DNA of 64,000 nucleotides from Sulfurospirillum sp. UBA6810. GTDB taxonomy: Bacteria; Campylobacterota; Campylobacteria; Campylobacterales; Sulfurospirillaceae. Below are positions 9,337 to 19,400 of the stretch, piece by piece. The position numbers and the translations under genes are program-made. A model generated the notes under the pieces. It was given only the letters and a program-made list of their open reading frames with translations. It was not told the origin of the DNA and made no database searches. Within the stretch, counting starts at the first letter, position 1, and every line of letters begins with the position of its first letter. The stretch is from the NCBI GenBank assembly GCA_002469305.1, contig DKEY01000016.1:72501-136500 (forward strand), in the 5' to 3' direction.

Positions 9337-10329
9337 TTAACTACTACTAGAGTCCACTTTATTAACTATCGAGAGATAATCTTGATAAATTTCTTTCAAT
9401 AATATATAGAATTTTTCACTATTAACAACATCATCTATTGTTAAACCTGAAATAAAACCACCTGAGAATGGTTCATCTTTTACAATATCCAAAAAAACTT
9501 CTGCCGCTGTACTGCTTGAATCAAAATGCAAGATACGTTCTATTGTTATTGCTTTTAAAAAATCTAATATTTCTCTTTCAAATAATGATTTTTTAAAATT
9601 TTCTACGTCATCAAAACAATCTGAAATATTTTTTGCATTTGCAAATAAAAGAGAGAGAAGAATTGGTCTTTTAACTTCTTCTAAAACAAATGAGGTGTCG
9701 TATTTAGCTTTTAATTCTAAAAACTCTTTTACACTATTGATATACTTTGCATAATCATCTTTAGATTTTATAAATTTGTATATATAAGGCTTTAAGTCAG
9801 GATTACTGTCATCGAGACTTCCAATTAAGTTGAAAGGCCTAAGTTTAATGAGGTCAACATACATAGAAAAAGTCTTTTCAACAAAACAATCTGCAAAATT
9901 TTTTTTGAAGCGATAACTAAAAAATGAAGAGAAATACTCCTCTGGATCTGTATTCTTGTAAGTCAAAAGTGTATCTAATAATGTTTGCTTAACTTCATTA
10001 TTTTTCTTTGCACCTTCAAGAGCATAAAAAATAGCTCTCCCCTTAGAGTTTTTGATTGCAGAGATTACAACTTCTTTGTCGTTTTTTAAACTAGCAGAAC
10101 AATACTTTAAAAACATTCCGCTTATATCCATAAGCAAAAGCGCTTTTTCTTTTTTTACGAATGAGCTATTATTTATTTTCCCAGGAAATAATGTTTTCAA
10201 CAATTCTATCTCAAAAGATATCCTATTACCATAATCATTTTCTTTTACTAAATTCAAAACTAGGCTTTCCAAATTTGAAACTTTTCTTTCTAGTGGTATT
10301 TCTTCTAGTTCTTCAATTTCAGTTTCCAT
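9337..10329 (-). CDS. hypothetical protein (330 aa)
   Basis: Long ORF with AGGAGG RBS upstream of ATG 10329. No family recognised. Confidence 0.55.
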   Translation of the reverse strand: METEIEELEEIPLERKVSNLESLVLNLVKENDYGNRISFEIELLKTLFPGKINNSSFVKKEKALLLMDISGMFLKYCSASLKNDKEVVISAIKNSKGRAIFYALEGAKKNNEVKQTLLDTLLTYKNTDPEEYFSSFFSYRFKKNFADCFVEKTFSMYVDLIKLRPFNLIGSLDDSNPDLKPYIYKFIKSKDDYAKYINSVKEFLELKAKYDTSFVLEEVKRPILLSLLFANAKNISDCFDDVENFKKSLFEREILDFLKAITIERILHFDSSSTAAEVFLDIVKDEPFSGGFISGLTIDDVVNSEKFYILLKEIYQDYLSIVNKVDSSSS

Positions 10330-10382
10330 TATATATACCTCCTGTTAGTTGATTGGAAATATCTTTTTCTGTAAAGGAAAAA

Positions 10383-10402
10383 GAGCCAAATGCTATTGGC
10401 TC
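10383..10402 (-). terminator. candidate intrinsic terminator after the giant gene
   Basis: Minus-strand GAGCCAA-TAGCAT-TTGGCTC followed by TTTTTCCTTT. 7-bp stem only. Confidence 0.45.
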
Positions 10403-10436
10403 ATATTTCCATAAAGAAATTAGTGTGACTCACATG

Positions 10437-10466
10437 CTAATAAATTTATAATTAATTTAACCTTAA
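10437..10466 (-). promoter_or_regulatory. conserved promoter/operator-like motif P5
   Basis: TTAAGGTTAAATTAATTATAAATTTATTAG. Overlaps the giant-gene stop. 107 nt upstream of ATG 10329, with a hairpin in between. Confidence 0.45.
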
Positions 10467-13400
10467 TATGTGTCCAGACTAGTGTTGCTCTCTTTTGTGC
10501 TTGCATTTGCACTTGCAACAACATTGGCAATCTGCGAAGATATGTCAATCTCGTTTTCTTTTAGTACGTCCTTTATCCTAACCAAGCCCTCTTCATTGAA
10601 AACTACCGCTTGCATACTTTTATCCCATTTACCACCAAAGCTCTCAAAGAGTTTTTGAAATCTAAGGTATACATCTCTCTCTAAAGCTGTATCAATTACA
10701 AGACAATTTCCAACATATCTATACTCTTCTATATGTTCAAGAATTGAAATATCTACTCTTCTTTTTTGTAATAGCTCTATCGAACTAAGCTCTTTATCAT
10801 TATCAACCCAATAGCTTTTGATAGAGCTGATTTTTTGTTTGTTCAACTCTTTGACAGCGTTCTGACCTGTGTTTGGTTTTTTATCATCTGCTTGGAGCTC
10901 TTGCACAACAGCTTTATGTCTTTGCTTCAACAACGAGAGTTCTTCTTCTTTTGGAAAGGCAACATTTGCTTTTACCAATATAGGCAACTCATCTTTCATT
11001 TTGGCAATATTTTCAAGATACATTCTGTATTCTAAGTCAATTTTAGAAGCTAAGAAGTTTATCTTTTGAGCCAAACCGCCTGCATTTTGTTCTTTTATAT
11101 CAATGCCATCAAGTACATACTCATTTTGACCATTTAGGTAGATATCAACTTTATTTCCTAAAGGATTGAGATTATAAATTGATATTTCAAACCCTGCAAA
11201 AGTACCAACAGTTATATGCCTCTCTTCCCTAGAACTTGAGGAGTTTGTATCAATCTTTAATTCACGTGCTTTTTTCAAGAGTGCAGCCCCCGCATCTTCT
11301 CTTTTAGAATATTCTGTGGGACCTACGGCTAATAGAAACTTAGAAAAATCTGGTATTTTCTCTTTGCTTTCTGATAACTTGTTTTGAACCTTTTTTATCT
11401 CATGCTCTTTTTCAAGTTTATCCATCTTAGCCTCATAAGATGAGTAAGTTTTGACATCAATTTCATAGTTCTCGATATTTTTATCAGATTGTTCAATCAA
11501 AGAAGTAAATTTCTTTATTTTTTCCTCTCTATCATAAAGACTTCTGTTATGCTCTCGCTTGATGGCTTCCATCTTTTTAATATTTTGCTTTAGAGTCATT
11601 TCCTCTAAGATTAGAGGGTTTCCAGAAGAGGCAGCTTTCATCTCTGCTGCGTTTGTTGCCTCACTTGCTATATCTTCAACCTCTCTAGCATCAACATTAC
11701 CAAGCTTTAATTGTTCAATAAATCTCCCTTTAGTCTCTAAAATCTCCCACATTCTACTATCAAGAGTATTCTTAGTAGCATATCTAAGTACTTCTATTTC
11801 AAAGCCCTCTGGATCTTCTTCATAAAGCTCATTGCCTTGCCTAATACCTCTACCTTCTCTTTGTTCTAATTGGTCAGGCCTCCAAGGAGCATCCAAACTA
11901 TGAAGTCCTACTATTTTCTTCTGTACGTTTGTACCCGTACCCATTTTGGTAGTACTACCAAAAAGAAATCGAACTCTACCACCATTGACTTTGGCAAATA
12001 AGTCCTCTTTTTGTTTATCGGTTTTAGCATCATGTATAAAAGCAATTTCACTTTGAGGCACACCTGCTTTTATAAGCTTTGCTTTCATATCATCATATAC
12101 GCTAAAGTTGTTATTTAAAGAAGCAATATCATCTGTAGAGAGTTTATCTAGCTCTTCAATAGCTTTATCTTCCCCTGCATCTGCTTTTCTTATCAACTCT
12201 TCAATCCTAGCTTTCTCGTCACTAATTGCACCTTTAGGTGTTGAAAGGTCACAAAATATAAGCTGAGTTCCTCTTTTATCAGCCCACTTATGATAAAGTC
12301 TTAGTGATTGTCTAATACACTCATTAACTTTAGAACCCTCAAAATCCTCATAGTAATCGCCATGCATCCTCATATCAAGTGAAGCTTTTCTAGCATCACT
12401 CATAATGACTAGCATATTATCATCACCTTTTTTTGGTTGCCCTTGGGGAAGATGCTCACTTCTATAAACTAAGCTATTTTCATTATATTCTCCATTTTCA
12501 TCTGCTACACCAATATAATTGGCTTGGTCTTCACTCCTTTCAACAATCACATTTTGAGGTTTTCCACCTTTAACTTTTGGAACAGGAAGTTTTTTGCCAT
12601 CTTTGGCTAACTGTTTATTGATATGCTCTCTTGTAATGACATCAGCAAATTGTGAGTATGATGCAATGAGCTCTGGGACATTTTTAAATTTAGAGAGTCT
12701 ATTTTTTAGTTTATACTTTCCACTAGCACTCAACTCCCAATCCGCTACGGCTTCAGCATACTGTTTTACCCAAGCATCGAAATGGTTTAATCTATCCTCT
12801 GCGAGCTCTTGACCTTGTAGATATCTTTGAATAGTAAACATCTCAGCTATCGTATTAGATATAGGAGTACCTGTTAGAAACATAAGATTTTTGTTGCCTG
12901 TTTTTTCTAAAAGACTTTGAGTTTTGATATATAAATCAAAGGCTTTTTTGCTTCCCTCTGGATTACCAAGCCCTGCTACTCTTTGCATAGATGTAAAGAA
13001 TTGGAGATTTTTAAATTCATGAGACTCATCAACAACCATAGCATCAATACCAAGCTCTAAAAATGTTAAGTTATCATCTTTATCAACCTCTCCAAGTTTT
13101 TTAATCTTTGCTTCTAGGCTTTTTTGAGTTGTTTGCCATTGCTTAATACTTCTAGTCTCTTTTCCCTCTGCTCTTCTTATCGCATCTATACCAGATTGAA
13201 TATCTCTTATCTGTTTTTCAAGGAAAGAGATTTCAAATTTAGGATCATTGGTAATTTTTATAAGTTGAGAGTGCGCGATAATAATTGCATCATATTCGCC
13301 TGTAGCAATCCTTGACATAAGCACTTTTCTTCTATTTGCAGAAAAATCATTCTTAGTAGGTAAGAGAATGTTTGCATTTGGGTAGAGCTCTAAAAACTCT

Positions 13401-16400
13401 TTTCCCCATTGTTCAACAATATGATTTGGAACAACAATAAGCGGTTTTTTAGCCTTACCTGTTCTCTTAAGTTCCATAACACTAGCAATAGCTGTCATGG
13501 TTTTACCTGTACCTACTGTGTGGTCGCAAAGAACTCTACCACTTTGCAACGCCCTCCAAACAGCATTCTTCTGATGTGGGCGTAGCTCAATAATGCTATC
13601 ACTTATTTTACCAGGGAGTTTTAAGTGACTACCATCATACTCTCTTCGAGCATAAACATTGAATTTTTCATTATAGAGTTTTGCTAGGCGCTCTCTTCTC
13701 TCACTATCTTTCCATATCCAATTTTCCCAAGCTATCTTAACGGCTTCTAATTTATCATTGGCAGCTATCGTGTCTTCTTGGTTTATAACAGATTTTTTAT
13801 TGCCATTTTCATCCTCATAATAATCATAAACAGTAACTTGTTTATTGTTAAGTGCAGCATCTAAAATAGAGACAACTTTTTTTCTACTTGTTCCATATTG
13901 AGCTTTTTTCTCTGTTGTCTCAGCAGATGAAATATGCCAACTTGCAGAGTATTCAATATACTTGGCTATTGGTTCCTTATCTCCTGTGATTTCTCTCACG
14001 AAGTTTCTAATATCAGAAGCGGGTATCCAGCTTGCGCCAGGTTGTACTGAAATATCAATAGCTTCTATATCTTTTGGGATAACTTCTTTTAATGCAGCAA
14101 TGTTTATAGGATTATTAGTCTCTCTTAGCTTTTGCTTGACATTACCACTTAAGTACTCCTCTTTTGTAACCCAACCATAATTTGGATCATCAAAAATTAA
14201 GCCATTTTTACTTAAGTACTCCTCAACCTCTTTTTCTTCTTTACTAACCAAAGAAGCGATATATCTCATATCTACAAAGGCTTTTTCAGAAAGGGAGATA
14301 ACAAAAGCATCTTTTATGCTACTAGCACTTGTTGGGGCTACATATGGTGTTTGTGTTCTTTTAAAGAAGATATCTGCTTTTTTTGCGGACTCTTTTTTAA
14401 CAGTTTCGCCAGATTTAAGGCTGGCTGCTTTTGAAACTCCTTTATCATACTTACTTTCCAATGCCAACAAGAAAGGAGCTCTTACGTCATCTTCAAAGTA
14501 CTTTTTATTATTTGCATTGTTTAAAAAGCCAAAAGATTTTTTAAAAGCATCATATGTTCGATTTAACTTTGCTCTTAATTCCTCAAGCTCATCTTCGGTA
14601 GAATTTTCGTTTAGTTGTTCATTTTTTAGAAGTGTTGCCACATGAGCAACCTCTATCATCCCTTTAATTCTCTCTATCTCTTTAGGACTTAAATCAACTT
14701 CACTACCTTGGGAGTTAATTCTAGTTGTTATCTCTTTGGCCACAGCTTCGCCATTAACATCTGGAAATCTCATATAAAGTTTATCATCATTCACAAAATA
14801 TGTATTTATTCTTGCATCGCAAGTCATTGTTTCGCCATTTTGAGATTGAAGAGTAATTGCTAACTTATTATTAAAACCAGCTGTTTCCATTAACTTAGAA
14901 GTATTCTCTCGTCTATAGGTTGAATAGTAGTAGTTGCCATTGTTAAACTGTACATATCTTGGAAGCTCCTCAATGGCTTTATCTAATAAGGCTTTTGTAT
15001 CTTGCTCTGGTCGTGCAACAAGCGCAGGTGTGCCACCTTGATACATGGTCCCATATCGCCCCCATTTACCTAAAAGCTTCTCTTGATGATCCACAAAGTA
15101 TTTATTAATAGGAGTATCGTTAAGTTCTCCTACATGTAACCACTCATCTAAATTACTTTTCATACCGTATGCACTTCTTTTTTGGAAAAAGAGAATATCC
15201 GTAGTTACCTCTGTATTGGCATTTTTACTAAAAGCATTATTTGGAAGTCTAATAGCGCCTATCAAATTTGCCTTTTCGCCAATATAAGCTCTTGCGTTTA
15301 AATCTTGTGAATCCATAAAACTATTTGAGACAACCATAGCCATTACTCCATTTGGCTCTACTTTGTCTATTGTTTTACACATGAAGTAATTGTGAATGCT
15401 CATCCCATCTAGTTTTTCATTAACCTTACAATGGATTTTATGACTTCCATAAGGGGGATTACCGATAGCTAAAGTTACGCTATTATCGCTTAAAGAGGTA
15501 TCTTCAAATGGCATATTTAGAATTTTAGCTTTTGGATAGAGGGCTTTAGCTATTTTTGCAGTTGTAGGTTCAATTTCAACCCCTAAAAGCTGAGTATTTG
15601 GTTTTAAATGCTTTGGCATATATCCAAAGAAGTTACCAACACCAACTGAAGGCTCTAGTACCGAACCTCTGTTAAAACCAAAGTTGTCTACCGCTTTCCA
15701 CATTGCTTTGGTTATGATGTCATTTGTATAAAAGGAGTCTAACACACTTCCACGTGCTTGTTTATACTCCTCTTCGGTCATAGTATGCTTTAGCTCTTCT
15801 GCTTCATTCTCCCAGCCTTTTGTAACTGTGCCATCTGTTTTATAGAATGCTTGAGATAATCCACCCCAACCAACATACTTTGATAAAGCAATTTTATCCT
15901 CTTTTGTAAGCTCTTCATCTCTCTCAAGCTTTCTAATAACCTCTATGGCAACAATATTGTTTTTAAATTTTGTTTTAGCACCACCTGCTGAAATATCCTC
16001 TTCAATAGTAAAATCTTCTTGCGTATATGCCTCGTCTAAAATATCCTCAATGGCTTTAAAAGAAATATTCTCACTATTTTCTTTATTTAGAGTATTCCAA
16101 GCCATAGTCTTAAGTACTTGATAAGAGCTCTTACCACCATCTAGGACTTTGGCGCTCTCATAAGCTTCATATATCTTAGTTTCAAATTCAGTAGGATTGT
16201 CTTTTACATGTAAAGATGGTTGAATGATGTTTGTTTCAACATCATTAGTTGTAGTTACAGCAACCTCTTTGGTTGTTTTCTCTTCATCTTCAAATATAAT
16301 CTGATTAGTGATGTAGCTTTTATATCTATCAGTAGTCTTTATTTCATTCAAATATGCATCAAGTGGTTTAAATTCATCATCTACACCAAAGACACTCATA

Positions 16401-19400
16401 GCTACATTATTACTTCCATCTCTATCAGTTGTAAATTTTGCATACTTTAACCACTCTTTGGGACTCTCAAAACCTAAGTCTATTGCAATTTTATGAGTTC
16501 TCTTAGAGATAACACTATCTAATATATCTTCATGTTCTTGCTTCTCTTCATCATCCATAAAAGGATAAGTGAGTGACAAATAGTACTCTTGGCTTATTGC
16601 ATTACTTTCAAGTAGGTTGTAAAGATTATAAAGATTGTTTCTCAAAAACTGTAAATTTGCAACCTTATCACTCCCTATCCAGCTATCATATACTCCTCTG
16701 TCCCACATAGATTGTAAACTTGCTGTCCACTCTTTACCATAATAGTCTCTTACTTCATTGAGTATAGGATAAAGATTAAGTACTCTACTTAGATATGTAT
16801 TTTCATCTTTCACATCTGAAGATGTTTGAGTGATGTTTTTTGCTATCTCGTTATGTTTATCCATATCCGTAACACTATCAAAACCACCAGCATGACTCAT
16901 TAATTGAGAAAACCACTCTTTAGGAATATCTAAATCTTGATAAGGGGATATCCTCAGTATTCCACCAAATAGTGTTGCAGCAACCTTTTCATCATTAAGA
17001 TACAGAGCAATTTCACCATTAGACTCATCTCTTATACTAAACTCCTCACTAAATGAAAGATCTTGTGAGATTTTTTCCACCTCTTCACCCTTTGTTTCAA
17101 AGTGCATATTTAACTCATTTTGAAGTAAGTCCAAATGCTCTTGATTTGATAGGTCAAATATATATTTATTGGAAAATATTTCCCACCCAACAGTTTTATT
17201 TATAAAGAGAGTTTTTATCTGGTCACTATTGTAAAACTCTTTTAAATTAAGAATTTTAAACTCTTTTTTAGATGGAACAATCTCGTATCGCAAGTTTTTG
17301 TTACTACTTTTCACAGCTTTATCAAAGAGAACTCGCAAAGACTCTTCATCTAGTGTATTCACTAAGGTTTTGATATCTGTATTTTTTGAATTTTTGGCAT
17401 CTTCTTTTCTCTTTAGAACAGAATTAAGTGACTCTATAAATTGTGGTTCACTCCCATCAAGGTGTGCTTGATATAGAAAAGCTTCTATTTCATTAATACC
17501 CATATCTTCAAAAGAGTATTCGTGAAACAAGTTGTGCATAGAAGCTGCTCTTAACTCTCTGAAAAACTCAAAATCTTTATTGGTCATATCATAAGATGGT
17601 TTAACAAGTTGTATCCCACTTGCAATAGTGCTTGACTTGCTTTTATTGAGCTCAGAGATTTGAATGATTTTTTGTTGAATCTCTTTTGGAAGATTTGCGT
17701 TAATCTCTTTAAAAAAAGAATATCCCTCTTCAATATCTTCAATGTCATCTTCTATGTAATCTACATAACCATTCTTTTTAATAACTATAGGGATATATTC
17801 ACTAAGCTCACTAGGAGAGAATACCAAAGAAGTATCCCCATCATCTAACTCTTTAAAAGAGTATAGCGATGGGTTATCAACTAATCCATCAGCAAAAACT
17901 TTTAAAGTTTTTTCACTTTTATATCCTATTGCAATGCCACTTTCATTGAAAGCAATAAGTCTTAAATGATTATTTATAAGTGTTTCTCTCTCATCATAAG
18001 AGAGTTTTTTATCTGCATAAAACATCACTAACTGTTTAGTAAGGATTTCTCTTCCATAAGGTTTTACTTCAAACTGTGTATTTGGAACTAGAAAAGGTGC
18101 CTCTTTAAAAGCTTTTAAAAGGCTTTCATCTTTTATAATAAACCCTTTTGCTATATTTGAATAGTAGGCAAAATGGTTTTTTTTCAAATAAGAGTTGAAC
18201 GCCCCATATTCCTCTTTGCTTAATCTTTTTGATATTTTGAAAATATTTAATGTTTCAGAGGTTTTAGTATGTTCAAAATCTTCTAAGACAGCATCTTCAA
18301 GTAAATGTCTAAACTTCAATGTTATCATCTCAAAATTTGAAGTAGTTTGTGGTACCTCTTCAACAACTTCATTTTTATATAAGAATTCTTCTAGGTTTTG
18401 GTTTTTAATCCCTTCAGCAGGTTCACTTTCCAAGTTTTTTTGGTGCTTACTATTAACCGCTTGCGCAATCTTTTTAACAAAGTTCTCAGAAGCTAAATCT
18501 TCTACTTTTATCCATTGATTGCCGTGTCCTGTATATTTGTCTTTTTTACTTGTGGTTCTCCAAAGATGTTCTCCTTTATCTAGCTCATATGTATCATATC
18601 TATCATCGTCAAACCCTAATCTATATGATAGGCAGATATATACTCCATAATCACTATTTGGCTTCCATAAGATAAAAGTTGCACCACCACCAGCTGGAGC
18701 AATATTATCAGAGACTCCATTGTGAGTGAGTTTTTTACCGTTTTTGCCTACATCATACTCATAACCCAAATTTTCTGCTAATTGTTGTGCATATTTTGCG
18801 ACATCTTTTTGAATAAGTTTGGAGATTTTATTAGAGGGATAATCTTGATATATCCCTTTTGTAGAATAGCTTTTATTGATATCAAACTTTATAGATTTGT
18901 AATCTCTTCTTTGATGAGTGTTTTCATGCACTCCAAAGCTATCTCTTTGGGATGCTCCATACTCAGCTGGTCCTTGTATATCTGCTGTGAGTGATTGACT
19001 AATTCGCTCATCTTCTGGTTGGATATTTCCTTCTTCATTTCTTGAAGTACTTCTTGTATCCAACTCTGAATAGTTTCTAAGTTCACGTTCATTTTTATAA
19101 TCCTCTCTTGTTATATTAAGCTCTTTCCCCATTATTTCTAAATGGTGAGCATTTTGATTTAATTGCCTTATTGTATGAGTATTGATAGGCAGCTTGCCAT
19201 CATTTAATTTTTCTATAAAAAGTTTATACCCATTCAACGACTGTTTATATAAGGCTTTTGTATTTCCAACTGCTTGTCCTTTAGGATAAAAACCTGTACC
19301 ATCAGAATAGCTAGGAATATTCCCTATGTGTCCTACCTTTGCTCTAATTTTATCTTCAAGTTCTTTTGTTAGGTTTTGGATTACCCAAGTAGTATTGCTT